NCBI GenBank assembly: GCA_041665145.1
Contig: JBAYJK010000001.1
Span: 421,629-485,628, forward strand
Direction of reading: 5' to 3'
DNA: 64,000 bases
Origin: Patescibacteria group bacterium
GTDB lineage: Bacteria > Patescibacteriota > Microgenomatia > UBA1406
In this document: positions 7,061-16,416 of the stretch, piece after piece
Numbering within the stretch: the stretch's first letter is position 1
How the letters are laid out: each line of letters starts with the position of its first letter
Translations under genes and position numbers: made by a program
Notes under the pieces: generated by a model
Seen by the model: only the letters and a program-made list of their open reading frames with translations
Databases searched by the model: none
What the model was told of the DNA's origin: nothing

Positions 7061-10015
7061 ATGGATGTCATCAAAATTCGCGGTGCCCGGGTTCATAACT
7101 TGAAGAATGTGGACCTTGATATTCCCAAGAACAAATTGGTTGTGTTTACCGGCGTATCGGGTTCGGGGAAGAGTTCGTTGGCGTTTGATACGATCTATGC
7201 CGAAGGACAACGTCGGTATGTCGAGTCCTTGTCGTCATATGCACGACAATTTTTAGGTGTAATGGAAAAACCGGATGTTGATCTTATCGAAGGGCTGTCT
7301 CCGGCAATTTCAATCGATCAGAAAACTGCCTCGCATAATCCACGTTCAACTGTCGGAACAGTCACCGAAATTTATGACTATCTTCGCCTGTTGTATGCCC
7401 GAGCCGGTCACCCGCATTGTTATAACTGCGGCAGGGAAGTAAAGAAGTTATCACCTCAAGAAATCGTTGATTTGGTAATGAACCGTTTTGTGGAAATCGT
7501 GAAAAATGGAAAAGGGAAACCAGGCAGATTCCTGATTATGTCCCCAGTTGTGAAAGACAGAAAAGGTGAATTTAAAGAGCTTTTTGATAATGTCCGATAT
7601 AAGGGATATTCCCGTGTCAGAATCGATGGTTACTACTATAATCTGAACGATGACGACTTGTTTATTCTCAAGAACAACAAGCATACCATAGACATTATTA
7701 TTGACCGACTCACTATCGATCAAGCGACCATGAAAGATGAAAAGCGTGTTGCCGATCTTCGTTCCCGGGTTTTTAAAGCCGTCGAAAACGCACTTATACT
7801 GGCAGAAGGATTAGTGGTTCTTGCACATGTGAAGGATGCGGGATTTGACCTTCCCGATAGCCCGAAAGATTTACATGAAGAGCTCTATTCGGAACGTTTC
7901 TCATGTCCAGTTTGTAATATTTCTTTTGCAGAGCTTGAGCCCCGACTTTTCTCTTTCAACTCACCGGTCGGAGCATGCCCGCATTGCAAGGGATTGGGAA
8001 TAATTCTTAAGGTGAATCAGGATCTGGTTGCAAATCACGAACTTTCTATTGCTGAAGGAGCGATATTTCCGTTTCAAAAAATATTGTTTTACGACACGTG
8101 GACAAGCAGATTATTCAAAGTGTTTATTGATAAATACGCGATAAACCCGAACCGACCTTTGAAAGAATTAACTACTGCTCAACAGACCGCCCTGATGTTC
8201 GGATCACCGGATGTATTTACGGTAAAAGGTAAGAATAAGGAAGGGATTATGACGTCGATACACGAGAAGTGGGCAGGAGTTGTGGGTGAGCTTGAGAAAA
8301 AATATTACAGTACTGAAGTTGACTATTCTCGAGATGATATCGAAAAATATATGAAAGAGGAAGTGTGTCCGACGTGCAAGGGGCAAAAACTTAAACCAGA
8401 AGCACTGGGGGTTACAGTCGGAGACAAAAATATTGCTGATCTATGCGATTTGTCAATTCTCGAAGAAATCAAATTTTTTGCTGATATTACACCGCTCCTG
8501 ACACTTACCGAACAACAAATTGCCAAACCGATTGCAAAAGAGATCAGCACACGATTACATTTTTTAGGAAATGTCGGTCTTGGGTATCTCACGCTATCCC
8601 GGCGTGCGAAAACTCTTTCCGGTGGTGAGGCTCAACGCATACGTCTTGCTTCCCAAATAGGAACAGGGCTTACGGGAATAACCTATGTACTTGACGAGCC
8701 GTCAATCGGTTTGCACTCGCGTGATGTGCACCGTCTTTTGGAGGCGCTTACAAAATTACGTGATTTACAAAATAGCGTTGTCGTTGTCGAACACGATGAA
8801 GATACGATTCGTGCAGCGGATTGGCTGGTTGATTTTGGACCATTTGCCGGAAAAAACGGGGGCGAGATAGTGTTTAGCGGATTACCCACAGACATTACCA
8901 AAGAAAAAAAGTCGATAACCGGGGCGTTTCTTTCGGGCAAACGGTTGATAGCATCCCGGACAAATTCGCGAAAACCGGAGTTAACCATGACGTTTAACGG
9001 AGCGACAGCGCATAACCTGAAAAATGTTTCTGTCACGTTTCCGCTTAACAGAATGGTAGGAATTACCGGTGTTTCAGGTTCGGGGAAGTCGTCACTACTG
9101 TTGGAAACTATTTATCCGGCACTTGAAAAATATCTGAACCCTTATTACAAAGGAGAGAATCCACTTATAAAAAGCGTATCGGGTTTGGAAAACGTGCAAC
9201 GTGCCGTTTTGGTTGATCAATCTCCGATCGGAAGAACGCCACGTTCCAATCCCGCGACATACACCGGCGTGTTTACTTATATTCGAGATCTTTTCGCGTC
9301 TACGTTGGACGCCAAAGCTCGCGGCTACAGTCCCGGCAGATTCTCGTTTAACGTGAAAGGCGGAAGGTGTGAAAACTGTCAGGGAGCCGGAGTGATTAAG
9401 GTTGAAATGCAGTTTTTGGCTGATGTGTATATCACCTGTGACGTATGTAACGGCCGCCGATATAACAGCGAGACATTGGATGTTTTGTTCAAAGGCAAAT
9501 CCATCGACCAGGTAATCGGGATGAGTGTTGATGACGCCTTTACGTTTTTTGAGAATCACCACAAGATCCAAAAAATACTGCGGGTTATGCAGGATGTGGG
9601 ACTTGGGTACATCGAACTCGGGCAACCGGCGCCCACCTTATCAGGAGGAGAAGCACAGAGGGTGAAACTTGCGAAGGAATTGTATACGAATATTCATGTG
9701 CATAGCGTATATATTCTTGATGAGCCGACAACAGGGCTCCATATGTACGATGTTGATAAACTGATCGGTGTTTTGAGAAATCTTGTCGAGCAAGGAAATA
9801 CGGTTTTGGTAATTGAACACAACCTGGATGTCATTCGTAACTGTGATTATATTGTCGATCTCGGTCCGGACGGGGGTGACGCCGGAGGAAAGCTGTTGTT
9901 TCAGGGAACGGTTTCCGAGCTTATGAAAGACACACGTTCCTACACGGCGGAATATGTGAGAAAATATGGACATGGCGAAAAAAAAGAAGTCGAAAGTCGA
10001 AAGTCTAAAGTCTAA
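7061..10015 (+). CDS. uvrA: Excinuclease ABC subunit A
   Basis: 984 aa with two ABC ATPase modules (GVSGSGKSSLAFDT; GVSGSGKSSLLLET; two LSGGE signatures) and zinc-finger Cys pairs. The last 9 codons are encoded by a heptamer repeat array. Confidence 0.97.
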   Translation: MDVIKIRGARVHNLKNVDLDIPKNKLVVFTGVSGSGKSSLAFDTIYAEGQRRYVESLSSYARQFLGVMEKPDVDLIEGLSPAISIDQKTASHNPRSTVGTVTEIYDYLRLLYARAGHPHCYNCGREVKKLSPQEIVDLVMNRFVEIVKNGKGKPGRFLIMSPVVKDRKGEFKELFDNVRYKGYSRVRIDGYYYNLNDDDLFILKNNKHTIDIIIDRLTIDQATMKDEKRVADLRSRVFKAVENALILAEGLVVLAHVKDAGFDLPDSPKDLHEELYSERFSCPVCNISFAELEPRLFSFNSPVGACPHCKGLGIILKVNQDLVANHELSIAEGAIFPFQKILFYDTWTSRLFKVFIDKYAINPNRPLKELTTAQQTALMFGSPDVFTVKGKNKEGIMTSIHEKWAGVVGELEKKYYSTEVDYSRDDIEKYMKEEVCPTCKGQKLKPEALGVTVGDKNIADLCDLSILEEIKFFADITPLLTLTEQQIAKPIAKEISTRLHFLGNVGLGYLTLSRRAKTLSGGEAQRIRLASQIGTGLTGITYVLDEPSIGLHSRDVHRLLEALTKLRDLQNSVVVVEHDEDTIRAADWLVDFGPFAGKNGGEIVFSGLPTDITKEKKSITGAFLSGKRLIASRTNSRKPELTMTFNGATAHNLKNVSVTFPLNRMVGITGVSGSGKSSLLLETIYPALEKYLNPYYKGENPLIKSVSGLENVQRAVLVDQSPIGRTPRSNPATYTGVFTYIRDLFASTLDAKARGYSPGRFSFNVKGGRCENCQGAGVIKVEMQFLADVYITCDVCNGRRYNSETLDVLFKGKSIDQVIGMSVDDAFTFFENHHKIQKILRVMQDVGLGYIELGQPAPTLSGGEAQRVKLAKELYTNIHVHSVYILDEPTTGLHMYDVDKLIGVLRNLVEQGNTVLVIEHNLDVIRNCDYIVDLGPDGGDAGGKLLFQGTVSELMKDTRSYTAEYVRKYGHGEKKEVESRKSKV

Positions 10016-11930
10016 AGTATCAGTCGTCATTGCGAAGCTCGACGGTGGTCGACTGAAGCAATCTCTTACGAATTCAAGATCGCCTCGTCGCATAGCTTCT
10101 CGCAATGGCATTCTCTATGTTTTTTTGCTTACCATATTTTTGCTTTTTCCTCGCTTTGTTGATGCGGCAACAATAGAAACATCATATGTCGACACCTACA
10201 CTATCAATGACACCCGTGATGTGTTGGCAAAGCGTGAGATTACGCTCACGAATACCACGGCGACCCTGTATGTCAGCGAATACTCTTTTTCCTTCAATAA
10301 CCCCGGAATTATCGGTAATCTGTCAATCACGGAAGATACTGTGCCGGCTGATTTTACCCAATCATTGTCAGATGGAGTGCTTCGGGTAACCGTTACGTTT
10401 AAAAATCCGGCAATCGGCAAGGGAACAAAGAAAAATATACTTATTTCTTACTCATTATCGGGATTTCTTTCGGACCAGGGTGCGTATCGTGAGATGTATA
10501 TACCCGTGAGTTCGCACTCGGAAGCGGAGCAGCTTAAAAATTACCGGGTTGAAGTTGATACGCCTGCAGATTTTCCGGAAGTCTCAATTGCAAAACCAAA
10601 ACTCAGTAGTTTCGCAAATCATCGATATGTGTGGGATGATGTGCAATCACTCGCCCATAGAAACATTTTTATTGCGTTTTCCAAGAAGGCATTCTATAAA
10701 GTAGAATTGAGATATGCTCTCCAGAACAATTCCCCGTATGCGCAAAAAATTTCCATACCTTTTGTTCCCGAAGGCCCGTACCAGAAGGTATATGTCGAGA
10801 GTATTGAACCGCCTCCGTCGGAAACCTCAATCGATGCCGATGATAACTATCTCGGTACATATATTATGCCTGCACACGAAATTATTCATGTGGTATACAG
10901 AGGAACGATCGAACTCACTATTGATTCCCGTCAGGACGTTCGGGAATACTTTCAAAAGCAATTTAACAAAGTAGGACTTGGCCGGTATCTGACAGACGAA
11001 AAATATTGGAACATTCCTGATGTTCTGATTGAAAAAAATAAGTTGGATAATTTGCACAATGCTTCCGACATTTACTCGTTTGTCACGAAAACGCTATCAT
11101 ATGATACCGGCAGGATTAACAATGATCTTGCCCGCATGGGGGCTTCATGGGCGCTCGAAAATCCAAGTCGTGCGGTCTGTATGGAATATTCCGATCTGTT
11201 TATCGCAATCGCGCGTGAAAAAGGAATTCCGGCGCGCGAAGTTGTCGGTTATGCAGTTACTAATGACAGTTCGCTGCTTCCGTCATCATTTTTCGGTGAT
11301 GTGCTGCATGCATGGCCGGAATATTATGATCAGACACGACAACAATGGCAGCACATCGATCCCACGTGGGGAAATACCGCTTTGGTGGACTACTTTACGG
11401 TAACGGATCTCGACCACATCGCTTTTGTATACCACGGGAAAGACACGACATACCCGCTTCCCCCTGGTGTCTATAAAATACGCGAAAATACGAAAGATGT
11501 ATATGTATTGCCCGTTCATGAGGCGCCGCGTGAGGAACGAAGCGTGGAGGTGATCATGCCGTCAACCGTTGAATTTTCTCTCGGTTCAACAAACAAAATG
11601 GCAGTGCTGATTAAGTCTAAAAGCAATGTGTTTCTCTATGATATTCCTTTTGTGCTTCGAGATGTCGTGACTAAAAAAAATCTCGGAAGCGGCACAATTG
11701 ATCGGCTGGAACCATACGGATCACGTACATATAAAATTGCAGTAGACAGCAAAATTACGACAACAGGCGATGGGGGAACATTTGAAATCGTGATAAACGG
11801 TGAATCTGTCGGGACACGTGAATATACCGTCCGCAGCTCGCTTTTGCTGCTTATCAACCAATATAGAGGGGTCCTGATAGGGTTGGGGATTGGTATAATG
11901 GTCCTTATTATCATTTATCTATTCCGGTAA
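9966..11930 (+). CDS. Transglutaminase-like domain membrane protein
   Basis: 654 aa with N- and C-terminal hydrophobic helices. The transglutaminase core pattern is VCMEYSDLFIAIAREKGIPAREVVGY ... HAWPEYY ... DPTW (Cys/His/Asp). The start is uncertain: the annotated ATG overlaps uvrA by 50 nt inside the repeat array. Confidence 0.7.
   Translation: MDMAKKKKSKVESLKSKVSVVIAKLDGGRLKQSLTNSRSPRRIASRNGILYVFLLTIFLLFPRFVDAATIETSYVDTYTINDTRDVLAKREITLTNTTATLYVSEYSFSFNNPGIIGNLSITEDTVPADFTQSLSDGVLRVTVTFKNPAIGKGTKKNILISYSLSGFLSDQGAYREMYIPVSSHSEAEQLKNYRVEVDTPADFPEVSIAKPKLSSFANHRYVWDDVQSLAHRNIFIAFSKKAFYKVELRYALQNNSPYAQKISIPFVPEGPYQKVYVESIEPPPSETSIDADDNYLGTYIMPAHEIIHVVYRGTIELTIDSRQDVREYFQKQFNKVGLGRYLTDEKYWNIPDVLIEKNKLDNLHNASDIYSFVTKTLSYDTGRINNDLARMGASWALENPSRAVCMEYSDLFIAIAREKGIPAREVVGYAVTNDSSLLPSSFFGDVLHAWPEYYDQTRQQWQHIDPTWGNTALVDYFTVTDLDHIAFVYHGKDTTYPLPPGVYKIRENTKDVYVLPVHEAPREERSVEVIMPSTVEFSLGSTNKMAVLIKSKSNVFLYDIPFVLRDVVTKKNLGSGTIDRLEPYGSRTYKIAVDSKITTTGDGGTFEIVINGESVGTREYTVRSSLLLLINQYRGVLIGLGIGIMVLIIIYLFR
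9987..10021 (+). repeat. 7-bp tandem array (AAGTCGA x2, AAGTCTA x2, AAGTATC)
   Basis: Read directly from the sequence. It spans the uvrA stop codon and the 5' part of the 9966 ORF. Its 20-mer 9999-10018 recurs with 19/20 identity in gatB (59576-59595, opposite strand). Confidence 0.85.
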
Positions 11931-13285
11931 TGTTGAAATTTATTCAACAGCCTAACGCTTTATTCTGGAAACAGGTACCCGAAAAAACGGGTGTCTACTA
12001 TTTTTTGAATTCCGAGAAGCAGCCTATCTACATTGGTAAAGCACTTAATATTCGGGATCGTTTGAAACAACACGTGTCAAATACCGATGACCCGAAAGAG
12101 CGTGCAATCGTTGGACACACAGCATATCTCCAGTGGCAGGAAACGCTCTCGGAATTTGAAGCTCTGGTTCTTGAAGCAAATCTTGTCTGGTCTATTCAGC
12201 CGATGTATAACTCGGAACTGAAGGATGATAAAAGTCCGATTTATCTTGTTATCACTGACGAAAAGTTCGGAAAGGTGCGCCTGGCACGAAAAAGCAACCT
12301 GACGGGAAAAGAAAGATTGGTGTTCGGACCTTTGACAAGTGCTAAGGTTGCGCGTCAGATACTTCGTATGCTCCGGCACATTTATCCATTTTGTACAGAA
12401 CTAAAAATAACCAGAAAACCGTGTTTTTACCAACACCTTGGTTTGTGTGATCCATGTCCGAATCAGATTATGTCACTGGTCACTGGTCGCGAGTCAGGGG
12501 TCATGAGTCACGAGTCAGAAGTTGAAGTAAAAAAGTTAACGATTAAGTATCAGACTAATATCAGAAACCTCATGAAGATATTACAAGGTGATGGCAGGAA
12601 ATTACTGAAGGAAATTACCAAAGAAATGCAAAGTGAATCCGATGCGGAGAATTTTGAGGAGGCACGACTTCTGCGTGACAGAATATACTATCTCGAAAGG
12701 CTTTTCAGAGGAGAAATGTATACGCAGGAAGAGCTCATCGACCCCGCGTTTATGCAGGATGAGCGTAAGAAAGAAACAGAAGAACTTGAATGTGTTCTGG
12801 GAATAAATACTATCCATCGCGTTGAATGTTATGACATCAGCAATCTCAATTTTGATGCGGCAACAGCATCTATGGTGGTTTTTCATGACGGTGATCCGGA
12901 TAAAAAAGAGTATCGCCGTTTCAAAATAAAAGGTAAACGGCGGTTTGATCCGGAAATGCTATTGGAAGTTTTACGGCGGCGTTTTAAACATACGGAGTGG
13001 AAAATGCCAGATCTTTTAGTACTTGACGGCGGAACCCCTCAAGTATTGTCAGTATACCCGGCCTTGAAAGCAGAATATCCCCAGATGCCCCCGCTTATCG
13101 GTATTGCAAAAGGTCCCGATAGGCTGCTTGTGGCAAAGAGTCTGACATATCTGAACCTGCCGTACGATTCGCATGCACTCCATTATATTCAGCGGTTGCG
13201 GGATGAAGCGCACCGTTTTGCCAAAAAATATCATCTGTTGTTGCGTGGGCGTAATTACGGATTTCCCAGCGGGGTTAAAAAGTAG
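11930..13285 (+). CDS. uvrC: Excinuclease ABC subunit C, short form lacking the C-terminal (HhH)2 domain
   Basis: 451 aa. It has a GIY-YIG domain (GVYYF...PIYIGKALNIRDRLKQH), a UVR motif (FEEARLLRDRIYYLERL) and an endonuclease domain (VECYDISN...). The protein ends right after RDEAHRFAKKYH. Confidence 0.9.
   Translation: MLKFIQQPNALFWKQVPEKTGVYYFLNSEKQPIYIGKALNIRDRLKQHVSNTDDPKERAIVGHTAYLQWQETLSEFEALVLEANLVWSIQPMYNSELKDDKSPIYLVITDEKFGKVRLARKSNLTGKERLVFGPLTSAKVARQILRMLRHIYPFCTELKITRKPCFYQHLGLCDPCPNQIMSLVTGRESGVMSHESEVEVKKLTIKYQTNIRNLMKILQGDGRKLLKEITKEMQSESDAENFEEARLLRDRIYYLERLFRGEMYTQEELIDPAFMQDERKKETEELECVLGINTIHRVECYDISNLNFDAATASMVVFHDGDPDKKEYRRFKIKGKRRFDPEMLLEVLRRRFKHTEWKMPDLLVLDGGTPQVLSVYPALKAEYPQMPPLIGIAKGPDRLLVAKSLTYLNLPYDSHALHYIQRLRDEAHRFAKKYHLLLRGRNYGFPSGVKK
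12472..12527 (+). repeat. 7-bp tandem array (GTCACTG x2, GTCGCGA, GTCAGGG, GTCATGA, GTCACGA, GTCAGAA, GTTGAAG) inside uvrC
   Basis: Read directly from the sequence. It is translated in frame as SLVTGRESGVMSHESEVE. Confidence 0.85.
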
Positions 13286-13291
13286 TACAAT
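13286..13291 (+). promoter_or_regulatory. -10 box (TACAAT) 6 nt before ATG 13298
   Basis: TACAAT-AGCCTC-ATG. It lies immediately after the uvrC stop, and no SD sequence is present. Confidence 0.35.
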
Positions 13292-13297
13292 AGCCTC

Positions 13298-13699
13298 ATG
13301 AAACGTTTTATACGGAGCGTTGTCTTTTATGCCGTTGCGATCTATCTTGTCGGGCTTGTTATTCCGGGTTTCAAGGTGGTTACGGATGTCCGCGGACTTA
13401 TCTTAAGCGGATTAACATTGTCGATACTGTTCACATTCGTCAAACCGATACTGCATTTTCTGTTACTTCCAATAAATGTTCTGACGCTCGGTTTGTTTTC
13501 ATTTCTTTCTTCGATACTGACGTTTTATCTTTTTCTGTATTTGTTTCCGTCATTTGTTAAAATCGAACCGTGGGTGTTTCAGGGAATCGTGCTTGCGGGA
13601 CTTAAAATCGGGACAATTGCCATTGGTCGTTTTGTAACCGTAGTTATGTCGACAGCTCTTATAAGTTTTATTGTTGGTACAATATCTTTCTTTCTATGA
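13298..13699 (+). CDS. Four-TM membrane protein, YvlD / holin-superfamily-IV-like
   Basis: 133 aa, four hydrophobic segments. The pattern VKPILHFLLLPINVLTLGLFSFL resembles the PF04020 family. Confidence 0.55.
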   Translation: MKRFIRSVVFYAVAIYLVGLVIPGFKVVTDVRGLILSGLTLSILFTFVKPILHFLLLPINVLTLGLFSFLSSILTFYLFLYLFPSFVKIEPWVFQGIVLAGLKIGTIAIGRFVTVVMSTALISFIVGTISFFL

Positions 13700-13917
13700 T
13701 GTTTCAAACATTTTTTCTCATTTTTTATCTGGTAGTGGCCGCTTCGGTAATCGGGCTTATTCTTATGCAGGGAAGAGGTGCCGGTTTAGGGAGTGCATGG
13801 GGTGGTTCTGGTGAAACGTTCTCGACGAGACGAGGAGTTGAGAAGGTAACGTTCTACATTACCATCAGCATCATAGGTTTGTTTTTCATTCTCTCGGTCG
13901 TCAATCTATTTATATGA
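13696..13917 (+). CDS. secG: Preprotein translocase subunit SecG
   Basis: 73 aa, two TM helices, with the central motif LMQGRGAGLGSAWGGSGETFSTRRG typical of SecG. Confidence 0.8.
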   Translation: MMFQTFFLIFYLVVAASVIGLILMQGRGAGLGSAWGGSGETFSTRRGVEKVTFYITISIIGLFFILSVVNLFI

Positions 13918-15278
13918 AACGTCTGACAAGAAGCTTACGCTATTCGTGGTGGCTTGTGAGTGGGTTTATACGGAAGAACCTTCCCATTATTCTTATTGTT
14001 TTTGTCATCGCTTTTTTCGGACTTTTTTTCTCCCGTGCGTTTGCAAACAATCTCACCTATTACTTTAATTTCAATAAGCAGAAAGTCGGTATATTGGCAC
14101 AGGGCGATGCAAGCCGTATGCCGCTTGCGGTGTTGAAGAAAGTTTCTTCGGCACTAGTTGGTTACGACGAAAAAGGTCAGCTGAAACCGCAATTACTTAA
14201 GAAATGGGAAGTGTTGGATCAGGGAAAAAAATTTGTCTGTACATTCCCAAAAAATCTAATATGGGCCGACGGGACAGCGTTTAGTGTAAAAGATATTGAT
14301 GCATCCGTCATAACATTTCCTAATGTAAAAACAACTATGCCCGATGATTTGACCATCAGTTTTGAGCTGCATGACCCGTTGGTTAACTTTCCGTCACTCC
14401 TGACGACTCCCGTTATAAAAAGCAATTTTGTCGGTATCGGTGGCGCATATAAAATTGCACATATTAAGTATGAATTCGGGCAGATAAAGTCGGTAAATCT
14501 TCAACCGTTGGAGCGGGGACTACCGTATCTGGTATACAAACTGTACAATACTCAGGACGAGGAGGTGCTTGCATACAAAATGGGGGAAATAGACATGCTT
14601 GTTACTGATGATAAGACAGTGCATGATGTGTTTGTGTCGTGGAAAAATACAACAATATTTGAATCCACAGATTACGAGAAAATGGCGGTTATTTTCGTGA
14701 ATACGGCAAAAGCTCCGCTCGACAACAAAAATCTTCGGCAAGCGATTGCGCAACTCATCGATTATTCAAAGTTTGAAGCGTACGGCGTTCGTGCGTATTC
14801 GCCGATTTTTCCTTACTCGTTTGCTTACAACGCTGACGTTAAAACATATAATTATGAGCCGGAGATTGCCCAAAGCTTGGTAGAAAAAAATAATGCCGGA
14901 GGTCATAAGCTTCGATTATATGCTCCTTACGAGCTTAACCAGGCAGCGGAAGTCGTGAGCAAAGATTTGAAAGCTGCCGGGTTTGCACCCGAGCTGCGGT
15001 ATGCAAACTACATTCCTACAGACTACGACTTGTTTCTTACCTTGTGGGAACCTCCTGTTGATCCGGACCAATATGTTTTTTGGCACCAAACACAAAAGGC
15101 TTCCAATTTGTCCAATTTTAAGAACGTAAAAGCCGACAAGTTTCTGGAGGACGGAAGAAGTGAATTGTCGCAGACAAAGCGAAAACAAATATACATTAAA
15201 TTCCAAGACTTGCTTGCCGAAGAAGAACCTGCCGTGTATCTCTACTTTCCCAAGCAATACACAATAACACGACAGTAA
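13914..15278 (+). CDS. Membrane-anchored solute-binding protein, family 5 (peptide/nickel type), orphan
   Basis: 454 aa with an N-terminal TM helix. LKKWEVLDQGKKFVCTFPKNLIWADGTAFSVKDI resembles the SBP_bac_5 signature region. No permease or ATPase genes are adjacent. Confidence 0.6.
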   Translation: MKRLTRSLRYSWWLVSGFIRKNLPIILIVFVIAFFGLFFSRAFANNLTYYFNFNKQKVGILAQGDASRMPLAVLKKVSSALVGYDEKGQLKPQLLKKWEVLDQGKKFVCTFPKNLIWADGTAFSVKDIDASVITFPNVKTTMPDDLTISFELHDPLVNFPSLLTTPVIKSNFVGIGGAYKIAHIKYEFGQIKSVNLQPLERGLPYLVYKLYNTQDEEVLAYKMGEIDMLVTDDKTVHDVFVSWKNTTIFESTDYEKMAVIFVNTAKAPLDNKNLRQAIAQLIDYSKFEAYGVRAYSPIFPYSFAYNADVKTYNYEPEIAQSLVEKNNAGGHKLRLYAPYELNQAAEVVSKDLKAAGFAPELRYANYIPTDYDLFLTLWEPPVDPDQYVFWHQTQKASNLSNFKNVKADKFLEDGRSELSQTKRKQIYIKFQDLLAEEEPAVYLYFPKQYTITRQ

Positions 15279-15306
15279 ACAGTATGGAAATCTGCATTGT
15301 TCGAGT

Positions 15307-15312
15307 TATACT
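15307..15312 (+). promoter_or_regulatory. -10 box (TATACT) 6 nt before ATG 15319
   Basis: TATACT-GTTTGT-ATG. No SD sequence is present. Confidence 0.4.
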
Positions 15313-15318
15313 GTTTGT

Positions 15319-16254
15319 ATGTCCCAGATTGTCGTCACATTTACGCTTGGCGTCATCATCCTTCTTCTTTCGACGCAGTGGTTTTTGAAGGCTGCGGAGC
15401 GCATGTCTTTAGTGCTCCGGGTATCTCCGCTCATCATCGGATTGACTGTTGTTTCAATCGGCACGTCACTGCCGGAACTTGCGGTTTCGGCTATCGCAGT
15501 CTTTAACGGCGATTCGGGATTGGCTACGGGCAATATTATTGGCTCCAACATTATCAATGTGTTTTTGGTGTTTGGTATCGGCATCCTGTTGGGGAAGCTT
15601 CGAGTGGGAACACAGAAAACACAGAAAAACATCTACATGATGTGTGGAATTACCGCAGTATTTCTGTTGTTGTATTTTTTGCATGTTCCGAATGTTTTGT
15701 CCGGCATCATCCTACTTCTTGCCGCTCTGGTCGTGTCCATACAGGAGTATGTATGGGGAATCAAAGGACGGAAATTCGAAGATGCAGTATTGTACCTGAA
15801 AAACAAGCGAAAACGCGGCATTCCCTTAGATATCATAATGATCGGATTTTCGGTTGTGGGAATTATAGCGGGTGGAATGTTGACGGTCTCGTCGGTAGAA
15901 CGGTTGTCGGCGTTATTGGATATATCAACCACCATACTCGGATTGTCCGTGACAGCGATAGCCACATCGCTTCCCGAGCTTCTGACGACATTATTCAGCG
16001 AAAAGGATCACGAAGAGAAAATTACGATCGGCAACCTGATGGGCAGCAACATCTACAATCTGGCTTTGATCGGCGGTCTGATTCTGCTGTTTTCCCCTTG
16101 GAAATCCGTCACTTCGTACGAATCCGTAATGCTCATACTTGCGACTTTTGCTTTTACAATTACCGTGGCGATATATAAGGGTAAAGTAATTCCGAAAGGG
16201 GTCGGCCTCATCTTTTTGGGTATGTGCGTGGGCTACCTTTTTTTCCTTCAGTGA
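15319..16254 (+). CDS. Ca2+/Na+ antiporter (CaCA family, YrbG-like)
   Basis: 311 aa polytopic protein with two alpha-repeat motifs (GTSLPELAVS...GNIIGSNIINV and ATSLPELLTT...GNLMGSNIYN). Confidence 0.8.
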   Translation: MSQIVVTFTLGVIILLLSTQWFLKAAERMSLVLRVSPLIIGLTVVSIGTSLPELAVSAIAVFNGDSGLATGNIIGSNIINVFLVFGIGILLGKLRVGTQKTQKNIYMMCGITAVFLLLYFLHVPNVLSGIILLLAALVVSIQEYVWGIKGRKFEDAVLYLKNKRKRGIPLDIIMIGFSVVGIIAGGMLTVSSVERLSALLDISTTILGLSVTAIATSLPELLTTLFSEKDHEEKITIGNLMGSNIYNLALIGGLILLFSPWKSVTSYESVMLILATFAFTITVAIYKGKVIPKGVGLIFLGMCVGYLFFLQ

Positions 16255-16305
16255 GGAGAAGACGGGCAAAAATTGCCAAGCTCAAGTGTTTATTGAACAT
16301 TTCTG

Positions 16306-16324
16306 GTGCCGGGAAGAGGACTTG
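16306..16324 (-). repeat. Displaced copy of the tRNA-Leu 3' end (19 nt) with encoded CCA
   Basis: GTGCCGGGAAGAGGACTTG is identical to 16416-16434. On the minus strand this copy reads ...CAAGTCCTCTTCCCGGCACCA, whereas the intact tRNA copy has no encoded CCA. Confidence 0.75.
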
Positions 16325-16416
16325 TTCAACTGTCCGTTGACGAGCTTCTGGGGAGTCTTACGGACAGTTAATCCCGATGAGCATGTGCGAATCGGGAAAC
16401 CTCTATAAATAATCTG

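Noticed and set aside
15297-16269. Alternative-frame ORFs (15297-15506, 15449-15640, 15642-16178 on plus; 15306-15632, 15466-15684, 15633-15965, 15991-16269 on minus) overlapping the CaCA gene
   Set aside because: All are nested in or antisense to the 311-aa antiporter ORF, which has clear duplicated alpha-repeat motifs. Their products have no recognisable features.
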